Positions 39,735 through 49,444 of a stretch of DNA of 64,000 nucleotides are shown piece after piece (within the stretch, counting starts at the first letter, position 1; each line of letters begins with the position of its first letter). The stretch is from a bacterium (GTDB taxonomy: Bacteria; Hinthialibacterota; Hinthialibacteria; Hinthialibacterales; Hinthialibacteraceae): the NCBI GenBank assembly GCA_963662285.2, contig CAXXMV010000006.1, positions 32,001-96,000 on the forward strand, written 5' to 3'. Below the pieces are notes generated by a model that ran no database searches, was not told the DNA's origin, and saw only the letters and a program-made list of their open reading frames with translations. The position numbers and the translations under genes were made by a program.

Positions 39735-41516
39735 ATGTCAATATCTTCTTCGAATGAACCAATCGGCCTATTTCGCGCTTTAACTGCTTATGTCAAGCCG
39801 GTGGTTTGGCGTGAAATCGCTGGAATACTCTGCTTGATGACATATAGTTATCTCGTAATTTGCATCCCTGCCTATGTAAAACAAATCATTAACTCTATAG
39901 AAAACGGGACTGATAAACAGACTTTATTGGTTTCATGTTGTCTGATCCTGTTATTGGCTTCTGGAGCAGCTTGTCTATTATTCCTGGCCCGCTGGTTAAT
40001 TATCGGAGCATCCCGCTCGGTTGAAATGACTATGCGTAATGATTTTTTTAGGCATATACAGCGATTAACGCCGGGATTCTATCATCGCAGCAAAACGGGC
40101 GATCTGATGATCCATTTCAGCAGCGATCTGGAACAAGTCAGGTTGTTAATCGGTCCGGGGATTATGTACCCTTTCAATGCCTGCCTGATAACTATACTGG
40201 CCTTTTATTCGATGCTTTTGGTCAATGTGGAACTTACCTTTACTCTATTGGTTCCAGTTGTGGTTTTGATGGTTTACGTCAATTTCAATACCCGTAAACT
40301 GCACAAGGTCTATCAGCAATCGCAGGAGGTTTATTCGGAACTGACCGCCATGGTGCAGGAGAATTTCTCCGGCATCCGGGTTATCAAGGCGTATTGTCAG
40401 GAAGAGGCGGAAGTGGGCCGGTTCCATGAAATCGGTCAACGTTATGTAGCCAAGAATATCGAGCAGGTTAAACTGCGTGGACGTCTTTTCCCATTTATGC
40501 GTTTCATCGCCGGCCTGGGAGTGGTTATCATCCTGTGGCGCGGTGGATTGAAGGTGATACACGGTCAACTGACTTTAGGCGACCTGGTTCAGTTCGCCAT
40601 CTATTATCAAATGCTGATGTGGCCTATCATCGCGCTGGGTTGGATTATCAATGTAATCCATCGCGGAGTTGCTTCATGGCGCCGGGTAAAGATAATTCTT
40701 GATACGAGGCCGGATGTTGAAGATGTTTCTGATGTTGTTTTGACAACTCCGCTCAGCGGCGCCATAGAAGTGCGTGATCTGGCTTTTGGTTATGAAGAAG
40801 ATGCGCAGCCTGTTTTGCATAATATATCGTTCACTATTGAACCTGGACAGACCTTAGCCATTGTTGGTCAAACCGGTTGTGGAAAATCAACTCTGGTCAA
40901 TGCGCTGCTGCACCTTTACCCGGTAGAGCGGGGCATGATCTTTTTCGATGGCCGTGATATCAACGATATTTCTCAAAACGATTTACGCCACTCAATTGCT
41001 TATGTTTCTCAAGAAGTTTTTCTTTTTTCTGAGAGCATACAAGAAAATATTCTGTTCGGGATGGATGATCCCGGCGCCGCTACTGAAACTGATGTTATCG
41101 CCGCAGCCCAACGCGCCCAGCTGCACCGGGACCTGGATATGCTGCCGGATGGCTATCAAACCATCGTGGGCGAACGCGGCGTCATGCTTTCCGGCGGGCA
41201 AAAGCAGCGCACCGGAATCGCCCGCGCCTTGATCCTTGAGCGGCCTATCCTGATTTTTGACGACAGTCTTTCCGCGGTTGACGCTGATACTGAAGAAGCC
41301 ATTTTACAGAGCGTCTCCGGGGATATTAATGATTGCACCGCAATTCTGATCAGTCACCGTATATCCACCGTCAAAAACGCTGACCATATTATTGTTTTAG
41401 ATGAAGGCCGCATAGTTGAAGAAGGCTCTCATCAAGAATTAATAGCGCAGGAGGGCTTGTACGCCCGCATCAATAAGCGCCAGATTCTGGAAGAGAGCCT
41501 TGGCATCCGCCAGTAA
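39735..41516 (+). CDS. ABC exporter, fused permease/ATPase (MdlA-like)
   Basis: Transmembrane domain plus GQTGCGKST, LSGGQKQR, ILIFDDSLSAVD, ISHR. Confidence 0.93.
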   Translation: MSISSSNEPIGLFRALTAYVKPVVWREIAGILCLMTYSYLVICIPAYVKQIINSIENGTDKQTLLVSCCLILLLASGAACLLFLARWLIIGASRSVEMTMRNDFFRHIQRLTPGFYHRSKTGDLMIHFSSDLEQVRLLIGPGIMYPFNACLITILAFYSMLLVNVELTFTLLVPVVVLMVYVNFNTRKLHKVYQQSQEVYSELTAMVQENFSGIRVIKAYCQEEAEVGRFHEIGQRYVAKNIEQVKLRGRLFPFMRFIAGLGVVIILWRGGLKVIHGQLTLGDLVQFAIYYQMLMWPIIALGWIINVIHRGVASWRRVKIILDTRPDVEDVSDVVLTTPLSGAIEVRDLAFGYEEDAQPVLHNISFTIEPGQTLAIVGQTGCGKSTLVNALLHLYPVERGMIFFDGRDINDISQNDLRHSIAYVSQEVFLFSESIQENILFGMDDPGAATETDVIAAAQRAQLHRDLDMLPDGYQTIVGERGVMLSGGQKQRTGIARALILERPILIFDDSLSAVDADTEEAILQSVSGDINDCTAILISHRISTVKNADHIIVLDEGRIVEEGSHQELIAQEGLYARINKRQILEESLGIRQ

Positions 41517-41648
41517 TTTATTTTTTTCTTATTGGGTTTTTTTCTGTTACAATGTTTGAGTAATGTTTAATTGGTGTTTAAATATGTGCTATATTCTACT
41601 TAATTAATATGTAATCGTTTTTGATTTTATATTTAGGGAGATACCGAA

Positions 41649-42548
41649 ATGGGTAAAAAGAAGAAAGATAAACCTCAAGAAAAAAACAAAGAAAAACAGG
41701 AAGCCAAGTCATCTGTTGAGAAAGAGATAATTGAATCTCCGGGTAATGATGTCAACCACGACGTAAAAAAAGAAAAAATGCCAAACAAGGAATATGAAAA
41801 AGAGTTGGCTAAACTCCAGATAGAACTGGTTAAATTGCAGGAATGGGTCAAGCATGAGCAATTAAAAGTCGTGGTCCTCTTTGAAGGGCGTGACGCCGCC
41901 GGTAAGGGGGGCGTCATTAAAAGAATCACCCAATCGCTTAGTCCCCGCATCTGCCGCGTGGTCGCCTTGGGCACCCCGACCGAGCGTCAAAAAACCCAAT
42001 GGTATTTTCAACGATATGTTTCAGAGTTACCCGCTGCGGGGGAATTGGTCCTTTTTGACCGTAGTTGGTATAACCGGGCTGGCGTTGAGCGCGTCATGGG
42101 ATTCTGCACCAGTGAAGAGCACCGGGAATTTCTGCGCTCCTGCCCTGAATTCGAGCGTATGTTGGTTCGTTCTGGAATTATTTTGATTAAATATTGGTTT
42201 TCAGTCAGTGATGAGGTGCAGGAGATTCGTTTCCAGGATCGCATTAAGAATCCAACCAAACGTTGGAAATTAAGCCCGATGGATTTGGAATCCCGCGAAA
42301 AATGGGAAGAGTATTCAAAGGCCAAAGATGAGATGTTCGCCTATACGGATATCAAACAGGCGCCTTGGTATGTTGTAAATGCTGACGTCAAGAAAAAGGC
42401 GCGCCTCAATTGCATCTCACATTTATTGAGCATGATTCCCTATGAGGATTTGACTCCCAAGCCATTTGAGTTGCCTCCCAGAAAAATTAATCACGCCTAC
42501 GTGCGGCCTCCATATTCAGATCAGACTTTAATACCGGAGATATTTTGA
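41649..42548 (+). CDS. ppk2: Polyphosphate kinase 2
   Basis: FEGRDAAGKGG, FDRSWYNRAGVERVMGFC, WKLSPMD. Confidence 0.96.
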   Translation: MGKKKKDKPQEKNKEKQEAKSSVEKEIIESPGNDVNHDVKKEKMPNKEYEKELAKLQIELVKLQEWVKHEQLKVVVLFEGRDAAGKGGVIKRITQSLSPRICRVVALGTPTERQKTQWYFQRYVSELPAAGELVLFDRSWYNRAGVERVMGFCTSEEHREFLRSCPEFERMLVRSGIILIKYWFSVSDEVQEIRFQDRIKNPTKRWKLSPMDLESREKWEEYSKAKDEMFAYTDIKQAPWYVVNADVKKKARLNCISHLLSMIPYEDLTPKPFELPPRKINHAYVRPPYSDQTLIPEIF

Positions 42549-42569
42549 TTTATTTAGTTATATTACCAC

Positions 42570-42598
42570 AAAAGGCGACTCTATCGGGTCGCCTTTTT
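42570..42598 (+). terminator. Intrinsic terminator after ppk2
   Basis: AAAAGGCGAC-tctatcgg-GTCGCCTTTTT. Confidence 0.75.
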
Positions 42599-42626
42599 GT
42601 TTAGGTAAGATTATTATAATTAATTT

Positions 42627-42827
42627 TAAAAACGGCAATTCAATTATAATAATAACGTCAATTGGAAAATCTAAGGTTATAGTAAACAAACCCTCTTGAA
42701 TTCTCCCCCAGGCTTGGGGGAGAGGGGTTTTGGGAAATAAGTGATTAAATCGTTTAGACTTAGTTATACAAAACACCTTAGTTATACATCCCTCTCCCAA
42801 GATTGGGAGAGGTTAGGAGAGGGTTGA
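42627..42827 (+). repeat. Intergenic repeat family A, copy 2
   Basis: Matches 13339-13496 and the reverse complement of 50483-50626. Confidence 0.85.
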
Positions 42828-43054
42828 AAACAGACGCCTTCGCAATAAAAATTCACTTTTATTATTTCACCTTACGGGTGATATTGAAAAATTAATATTG
42901 TTCTCTTATCTAGTTGATTCAAAGAGACTTATTTCTAGAGTATGAAACTTAACCGCTGTTTTTAGATAAATGATAATAGAACGATTTCCCGTCAGCGTCT
43001 AATCCTTTTTCCATAAAAGCACATGTTTTTATTATGATATAGAGTCAACTTGAT

Positions 43055-43094
43055 AAAAAAATCGCCTCAACTAATAAATAGTCGAGGCGATTTT
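43055..43094 (-). terminator. Intrinsic terminator
   Basis: AAAAAAATCGCCTCAACT..AGTCGAGGCGATTTT downstream of the 43165 gene. Confidence 0.7.
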
Positions 43095-43100
43095 GCAGTA

Positions 43101-43130
43101 GCCAAGGGCAGTGTATTTATACCTTTGGCC
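43101..43130. repeat. Degenerate single arm of repeat family B
   Basis: GCCAAGGGCAGTGTATTTATACCTTTGGCC. Confidence 0.6.
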
Positions 43131-43164
43131 AAGTTAACATCTTTTGGGTTATTAAAATAGTGGA

Positions 43165-45189
43165 TTAATACAAATCCCAATTGGAAAGGCCTGTCTCTCC
43201 TCTTGTCTGGTAGACGTAAATCCGTCGTGCGTCCAGATCGGAAATAAACACAAAGGTTTCGTTTTGTGCAGTGTGCATGACAACCGCATCGGTGGGAGTT
43301 ACGAATGGACCGTTTGGAGATTCACTGCCATCCACCAGGGCCGCCGGATTTTCGGTGTCTGAAGGATTATAAAAAGCCATCACTGGTTGAGCGCCGGAAT
43401 AGTCAGGAACGATGATTTGATTGTTAACTGCATCGTACTCAATCAGCTGGCTATTAGCGCCGTAAGTTCCCGCTATTGCGCCTTGGGGAACGAAATGATT
43501 CTGAAAGTCCGAGTAACCATCCAGGTTATCGGCATTACCTCCGCTAAGTAAATTAACGCTGCCTAGCGGTTCACCCGCTTTTTGGCTGTTTCGCGAAATA
43601 TAGATATCTCCGGTATTTGGATTATAAGCCAGGTCGCGTTGATAGGTTTGGCCTCCACTAACTGCATGCAGCGATGCGCCATCCGATGAATTGAGGAATT
43701 CAACAGAATTAAAAGTGCTCACCGCAATAACTCCATCGGTTATGAAATCCACTCCATTGATACGTTTGCCGTAAGAAATGATTCCTCCCCCGAAATCAGC
43801 ATCCAATTCGAAATTAGGGGCTGGACTGAATTTACGCAAATTAGCGGTTCCGGCATTGCCTGTTTCCAAGGCGAGATAAACCGAACCATTGTTATCAACC
43901 ACGATTCCCATAAATCCACGGGAACCTGGAACATCAGTATCGGCGCCATCATCGATCATCTTATGGTTTTCCATGTTGTTGGCGTTTAGCGGATCGGCAA
44001 TGTAATAGCATCCCGTCATATTCGCTTCAGGAACAGAAAATAGCGTATAGTAAAGGCCGCCATTGGAATCAGCCGCCAAGGCCATGGGCGCTCCGGTTTC
44101 GGCCACTGTCTCAAAATCCATAACGTAGGTAAACGGATGATTAGACGTATTATCTATGGCGCCACTATCAGAATACTCACCTTCTCCACCCATCAAAAAG
44201 ACCATGATGCGGCCAGCCGCACTATCTGTAATAAAAACATAGGTTTCCCCGGCCTCATTAGTCCAGGCGACTGCATCCGAGGGACTGGAGAGTGGACCGT
44301 TTGGGGATTTGTAACCATACAAATTCATCACTGGCGCGCTTGTATCCGAAGGATTATAAAAAGCGATTGACTGGGGAGACGTCTCAAAATCAGGAATAAG
44401 AATCAAATCATTTACAGCATCATAATCAAGCAACTGGCCTTTGACTCCATAAGTTCCTCCTGATCCTCCCTGGGGAATAAAACCAGGCTGAATCTCTGCA
44501 TAACCTGATAAATCGTCCGGGGATCCACCTGCCAGCAGACTGGCGGAATTCAAGACGCCATCCACGCTCCGGTTTTTGGCTATATAAATTTCGTGCGTAT
44601 CTGGATTATATGCAACATCTCTTTGATATGTTTCTCCATCAGTTACTTCGTGAAGTATCTCACCGGTATTTGCATCTACGAATTGGATTGTGGAGAAAGT
44701 CGACACGGCTATTAGATCATCTGTGAGGATATCAACACCGGTATACCTGGCGCCGAAGATCATTCCCAAGTCAGCAAACTCATCCACCCAATCAAAGTCG
44801 GGAGCGGGACTTCGTTTTGTAATTGATGAAGTAGAATCGCTGCCGCTGTCCATTGCAAGATACACATTGCCGGAATTATCGACTGCCACGCCGACAAATC
44901 CCCGGCCTGCGGGAACGCTGGTATCATAACCGCCGTCCACCATAATATGTTCTTCCGGCGGTGGAGCGTCGAGTGGATTGGCAACATAAAAACAACCGGA
45001 AGTATCGGGATCGGGAGAGGATAACAGGGTGTAATAAATACCTCCATTTGAATCCGCTGCAATAGCTATCGGCTGTCCGAGATCTAAAGGAGTGGAAAAC
45101 TCGGTGACATATTTGAAAGATATAGGTTGAGCATAAACTCCAATAACGAGGAAAATCGACAAGAAAATACAAATTGAAATACGTTTCAT
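43165..45189 (-). CDS. Secreted protein with two tandem NHL/beta-propeller-like units and C-terminal W-x-L-Y tail
   Basis: Signal peptide VYA-Q; duplicated AADSNGG.YYTL, TYQRD.AYNP.T, SPNGP; ends TGLSNWDLY. Confidence 0.75.
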   Translation of the reverse strand: MKRISICIFLSIFLVIGVYAQPISFKYVTEFSTPLDLGQPIAIAADSNGGIYYTLLSSPDPDTSGCFYVANPLDAPPPEEHIMVDGGYDTSVPAGRGFVGVAVDNSGNVYLAMDSGSDSTSSITKRSPAPDFDWVDEFADLGMIFGARYTGVDILTDDLIAVSTFSTIQFVDANTGEILHEVTDGETYQRDVAYNPDTHEIYIAKNRSVDGVLNSASLLAGGSPDDLSGYAEIQPGFIPQGGSGGTYGVKGQLLDYDAVNDLILIPDFETSPQSIAFYNPSDTSAPVMNLYGYKSPNGPLSSPSDAVAWTNEAGETYVFITDSAAGRIMVFLMGGEGEYSDSGAIDNTSNHPFTYVMDFETVAETGAPMALAADSNGGLYYTLFSVPEANMTGCYYIADPLNANNMENHKMIDDGADTDVPGSRGFMGIVVDNNGSVYLALETGNAGTANLRKFSPAPNFELDADFGGGIISYGKRINGVDFITDGVIAVSTFNSVEFLNSSDGASLHAVSGGQTYQRDLAYNPNTGDIYISRNSQKAGEPLGSVNLLSGGNADNLDGYSDFQNHFVPQGAIAGTYGANSQLIEYDAVNNQIIVPDYSGAQPVMAFYNPSDTENPAALVDGSESPNGPFVTPTDAVVMHTAQNETFVFISDLDARRIYVYQTRGETGLSNWDLY

Positions 45190-45356
45190 TAGTAAAAACT
45201 CCTGGATTAGTATTTGATAATCAATTCTACTCCAGTCTTATCTATTTAGAAATAGGGATATTTTTCAACCAAGAAAAAACGGCGGTTAATTTTGGTTATG
45301 TAGAAATAAGTTATTTTCAATAAGTTTGATAAGAGAATTTTATCAATTGTACGCTT

Positions 45357-45514
45357 GGGTGCCAAGGGCAGTGTATTTTCTGCCCTTGATTGTGTTCACC
45401 TGTTTTATTTCCAGAATTTCCATCAACGATCCACACGGTAGACTGAATCATAGGATTGGTTTCGTTTCGTATGGTTGTCAGTCAAGGGCAGAAAGGACAC
45501 TGCCCTTGGCACCC
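45357..45514. mobile_element. Repeat family B copy 2 (MITE/REPIN-like)
   Basis: GGGTGCCAAGGGCAGTGTATTTTCTGCCCTTGA...TCAAGGGCAGAAAGGACACTGCCCTTGGCACCC. Confidence 0.75.
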
Positions 45515-45541
45515 AAATATATGCGCCTGGTGATACTATCG

Positions 45542-45584
45542 AAAAAACCAACGCCCCAACCTATCAAATAGTTGGGGCGTTGGT
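45542..45584 (-). terminator. Terminator of the BMC operon
   Basis: A run followed by ACCAACGCCCCAAC-loop-GTTGGGGCGTTGGT. Confidence 0.75.
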
Positions 45585-45603
45585 AATTTTATGTATCCAG
45601 CGT

Positions 45604-47034
45604 TTACACAAACCGCAGGGCGTTTTTGACTGCGAAGCGTTTGATCTTGCTGAAGGTTACCGGGGTGCATGGGCCTTCGCCTGTCGCGAAGGCGATGGTT
45701 AGGGCTGTATCGCCTTCTCCGCCGTTGCCCAGCGCTGTTCCGCAAGGTCCGTTGGCGACGAATAAGCCGGTGCGCATCAGTTTGGCGAATGTGGTGACGC
45801 GATCCATGCGCTGGCTGTGAATGATGGCGGTGTGACCGAAACCGTGTTCAGCTTGTTTGGAGTATTGCATCGCTTCTTCAAACGAGTTGACGCGTATAAT
45901 AGCCAAGACCGGCATCAGCATTTCGTGTTGAACGAAGGGATGGTTGCTATCCGTTTCGCAGATTAACAATTCACAGTTGTTTGGCACCTGGACTCCAACG
46001 GCCTGAGCGAGGACGGCGGCGTCTTTGCCGATGAAATCGCGGTTGACCAGGTCATCCGATGTGATAGTGGCGCGAACCAGCGCGTCGCGTTGCTGCGCAT
46101 TAAGCAGGTAGGCGCCGCGTTGTTGAATGGCTTGCATGAACTGATCATAAACCTGTGTAAGGACGAAACATTCCTTCTCGCATACGCAAGGCATGTTGTT
46201 GTCGAAGGTGGCGCCGGTATAAACGCTGTCAGCGGCGTTAGTCAAATCGGCTGTCTCATCTACGATTACCGGAGGATTGCCCGGCCCGGCTACGATAGCG
46301 CGATTGGGGCTTTGCATAGCCGCTTTAACCACAGCAGGGCCGCCAGTAGCCACTAAGAGTTCGATATCTTCATGGTTCATGATGATCTTTGCTGTGCGCA
46401 GGGTTGGTTTGCTAACCGATGTCATCAGGTTAGCCGGAGCGCCAACTGAGACTAAAGCGCGGTTGATGTCCTGCATGCTCTTCAGGGTGCATTCAACAGC
46501 GCCGGGGTGCGGCGCGAAAACAATGGCGTTGCCAGCGGAAAGCATGGCGATGGCATGGTTGATAACCGTAGCGACCGGATTGGTGGAAGGCGTAATAGTG
46601 CCGATTACGCCAAAGGGCACATACTCTTCCATCATGATTCCATTGTCACCCGTCACGCAATGCGTGGTTAGTTCCTCCATGCCGGGAGTTTTTTCAATTG
46701 CCAGACTATTTTTTAATATCTTATGATCCACCCGCCCCATGTTGGTGTCGCGCACTGTCAGTTCCGCCCATTCGCGGTTTTTCTGACGTGAGGTTTCACG
46801 GATCACTTCGATATAGTATTTGCGCTTTTCAAGTGTTATTTCGCGGAATTGATCAGAAGCGATTTTGGCTGCGCGGATAGCGTCTTCGATATCTTCGAAT
46901 ACGCCGTCGCGTCCACCGCTAACGGCGCCGCCCGCACATGCCGCCACATGACCGCTGCTGGATGGCGAACCGGTCTGCTTTTGTAATTCTTGTATAACTT
47001 TCTGAACAATTTGAGAAATTTGCTGATCATCCAT
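45604..47034 (-). CDS. Acylating aldehyde dehydrogenase (EutE/PduP family) with encapsulation peptide
   Basis: PFGVIGTITPSTNP, ATGGPAVV, AGPGNPP, FDNNMPC, AEHGFGHTA; N-terminal ISQIVQKVIQEL. Confidence 0.93.
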   Translation of the reverse strand: MDDQQISQIVQKVIQELQKQTGSPSSSGHVAACAGGAVSGGRDGVFEDIEDAIRAAKIASDQFREITLEKRKYYIEVIRETSRQKNREWAELTVRDTNMGRVDHKILKNSLAIEKTPGMEELTTHCVTGDNGIMMEEYVPFGVIGTITPSTNPVATVINHAIAMLSAGNAIVFAPHPGAVECTLKSMQDINRALVSVGAPANLMTSVSKPTLRTAKIIMNHEDIELLVATGGPAVVKAAMQSPNRAIVAGPGNPPVIVDETADLTNAADSVYTGATFDNNMPCVCEKECFVLTQVYDQFMQAIQQRGAYLLNAQQRDALVRATITSDDLVNRDFIGKDAAVLAQAVGVQVPNNCELLICETDSNHPFVQHEMLMPVLAIIRVNSFEEAMQYSKQAEHGFGHTAIIHSQRMDRVTTFAKLMRTGLFVANGPCGTALGNGGEGDTALTIAFATGEGPCTPVTFSKIKRFAVKNALRFV

Positions 47035-47040
47035 TATTTC

Positions 47041-47967
47041 TTATCTTCTTTCTCTGGATTGGGGAACGATGATCACTTCTATGCCCCGTTTATGCAATAA
47101 TTCCAAAGCCAGTGGGGTTATGAGTCCACCGCGCGAGGCTTTAACTACCGGGCCGCTGAGTTTGGCCGCGTCTTCTTCAGTTAATAAACAGGTAATAAGG
47201 TCTGCGCCGCTTTCCGCCCGGTTTAAGGTAACGCTGAATACTTCTTTAACGGCGTCTTCAGCAGGCATCAGTTTCATGCCCATTTTGGCCAGTTGCTCGC
47301 GGTATTTATCCAGTACATCCTGGATTCCGGGAACCTGGTTGCCGCAGACTACGCAGGCGGTTGGTTCTAATCCATCGTTAGACGCAACCACATTGGCTTT
47401 TTGAGCCAAAGCCGAAATGGTCATGTTAAGCGTCAACGAATCGGTGATGCCTAGAGCCAGTTTGGCTGCATGGGTGCGGCTGATGGATGGTATAAAGACC
47501 GACGAATAGCGCGACAGATCGTAGATGATCTCCCGCACTTCGTTTGGTTGATCTATAGTTCGTATGCCCAGCGCTTCAACCTCATCAGAAGAGATGACGT
47601 ACTGAGCGCTATTGGAGAATATGGCGTCCAGACGTACTCCTGCTGCGCGCCACTGGCGCATGGCTTCTGCCAGAACATCCCATTTTTCACGCGCTCCAGT
47701 AAAGAGAAGCAATATAGCCGGGCCGTCCAGTTTGGGTGGAGTTGGCTCGGCTGGCTTTACAAGAGGAACTTTTGCTGCGACTGAAGTTGATGAAATAGCA
47801 GGTATGCTAGGCGGAATCGGAGCGCTGCACGCTGGACCCTGGCAAGCGTTGGCGTCCAGGGTAACATTTTGATCGGGTGGTAAAGAGGCTTCTTCGGCGC
47901 GTTGACGTTCGCCAAGCGCTTTAGCGACCTCTTCAGTTATGATGCGTTCCAATTCATGAAAATCCAT
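47041..47967 (-). CDS. BMC-associated flavoprotein-like protein with encapsulation peptide
   Basis: LERIITEEVAKAL; SRTHAAKLALGITD; C-terminal LLTEEDA...LITPLALE. Confidence 0.7.
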   Translation of the reverse strand: MDFHELERIITEEVAKALGERQRAEEASLPPDQNVTLDANACQGPACSAPIPPSIPAISSTSVAAKVPLVKPAEPTPPKLDGPAILLLFTGAREKWDVLAEAMRQWRAAGVRLDAIFSNSAQYVISSDEVEALGIRTIDQPNEVREIIYDLSRYSSVFIPSISRTHAAKLALGITDSLTLNMTISALAQKANVVASNDGLEPTACVVCGNQVPGIQDVLDKYREQLAKMGMKLMPAEDAVKEVFSVTLNRAESGADLITCLLTEEDAAKLSGPVVKASRGGLITPLALELLHKRGIEVIIVPQSRERR

Positions 47968-48056
47968 ATCAGATTGCCGATCCAATAATATCAAATGATG
48001 TAAAACAAATTATTATTTAATGTACACTTAAATATACACTCTTAATTAATTCTCAA

Positions 48057-48752
48057 TTAAGAGATAATTTCCGCTTTTTCCCCGCCGCGAAGACCAGCGG
48101 CGTTACCGTCATCAGTGTCAAGATGCATTTCATCGAGAAAAGCCTCTCTGACCCTGAGTTGCACATCTTCAAAGACTGTCTTTTTGGCGGTTTCGATACG
48201 GACTTTAATAGTCTGGTTGTCAGTCAGTCCCCATTTTTCTGCGGATGTCGTAGATAGATGGAGATGGCGGTTGGCCTGTATGACTCCTCTTTCAAGATGA
48301 ACCACCCCTACCGGACCAGCCAGAATCAAGCGTGAACTTCCTTCATGGTTACCAGATGGTTTAACAGGGGGATCTATGCCCAAATAGATGGCGTCAGTAC
48401 GGGATACCTCAACTTGCGTTGCATCCCGCAATGGTCCAAGCACCCTTACGGCGCCCAGGCATCGCATTCGGGGGCCAATCAGAGTAACCGTCTGGTTCGC
48501 TGCAAATTCGCCGGGTTGATAGAGGCCTTTAAGCTCCTCTAACTCAAAACCCGGACCATATAGCACATCCAGGTCTTTGCGGCATAGGTGTAGATGGCGA
48601 ACCGAAACATTGACGGGAACCATTTTGCGTCCCGGTTGCTGCACTCCAAACTGAGGCGAGGCTGAGGCAGGTTGCTGCGCCTGCCGCATACGCGACACAA
48701 CGCGTTGAACCACCTGATCAACCAAAGAGTTGTCGATGAAGGAATCCACCAT
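48057..48752 (-). CDS. pduL: Phosphate propanoyltransferase (PduL phosphotransacylase)
   Basis: VSVRHLHL, LYQPGEFAA, VRVLGPLR..TQVEVS.TDA, RHLH, EMHLDTDDGNA. Confidence 0.93.
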   Translation of the reverse strand: MVDSFIDNSLVDQVVQRVVSRMRQAQQPASASPQFGVQQPGRKMVPVNVSVRHLHLCRKDLDVLYGPGFELEELKGLYQPGEFAANQTVTLIGPRMRCLGAVRVLGPLRDATQVEVSRTDAIYLGIDPPVKPSGNHEGSSRLILAGPVGVVHLERGVIQANRHLHLSTTSAEKWGLTDNQTIKVRIETAKKTVFEDVQLRVREAFLDEMHLDTDDGNAAGLRGGEKAEIIS

Positions 48753-48768
48753 CGTTTTTTAGTCCTAT

Positions 48769-48801
48769 AAAAACCAAGCGTGGCTTCTGGCCACGCTTGG
48801 T
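48769..48801 (-). terminator. Intra-operon hairpin/terminator between shell gene and pduL
   Basis: ACCAAGCGTGGC-5 nt-GCCACGCTTGGT followed by a T run on the minus strand. Confidence 0.6.
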
Positions 48802-48865
48802 GGAATCGTCCGCTTGAAATGCAGAATGACGCTGCTTGTGACAATCCAGAGATAAAGCGTGCGCC

Positions 48866-49159
48866 TTATCCGTTTACAGGAAGAATTCCTTCGATGTCTG
48901 AATGAGGCCGGGGAATAACGTGAACCGAAACCACTTCACCCACTTTGCGGGCGGCGGCGGCTCCAGCGTCTGTAGCTGCTTTGACGGCGCCTACATCACC
49001 TCTTACCATAACTGTTACGTATCCGCCTCCGATTTTTTCTTTACCAACCAGAGTTACGCTTGCGGCTTTGACCATGGCGTCGGCTGCTTCTACAGCGCCA
49101 ACTAATCCACGAGTTTCAACAAGTCCCAGGGCTTTACCTTCCACGGGTTTGTCCTCCAT
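48866..49159 (-). CDS. BMC-H shell protein (PduA/EutM-like)
   Basis: [40 protein letters not shown]. Confidence 0.96.
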   Translation of the reverse strand: MEDKPVEGKALGLVETRGLVGAVEAADAMVKAASVTLVGKEKIGGGYVTVMVRGDVGAVKAATDAGAAAARKVGEVVSVHVIPRPHSDIEGILPVNG

Positions 49160-49444
49160 TTTTAATGTTGAACGTTCTAAAGGATCATACTTTATTAATA
49201 TATCGCAAATCCCTTATACGCTTTAAGTTCATCAATTCTTATGTATAAGCCTAATAAATTCATACAATCCTGTCAAGCCAGTGATGTTCTATCCATTGTT
49301 AATATTTTATGCGTCAAGTACAAATACTTGATTTTTGAATGCAGTTCAAGGAATTTTACTCGCTTGTGATCATATTCAGTCATCTAATAAGCCCAATTTT
49401 TATTGATTTCATTTTTGAATGAATATTCTATTATTCGGATTATT

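Noticed and set aside
13233-42800. Similar small ORFs 13233-13469 and 42558-42800 (MGE.C...VFCI)
   Set aside because: Similarity comes from non-coding repeat family A and the frame is not conserved between copies.
17304-45571. ORFs 17304-17633 and 45326-45571 sharing RAVYFLPLI
   Set aside because: Translations of repeat family B arms, not genes.
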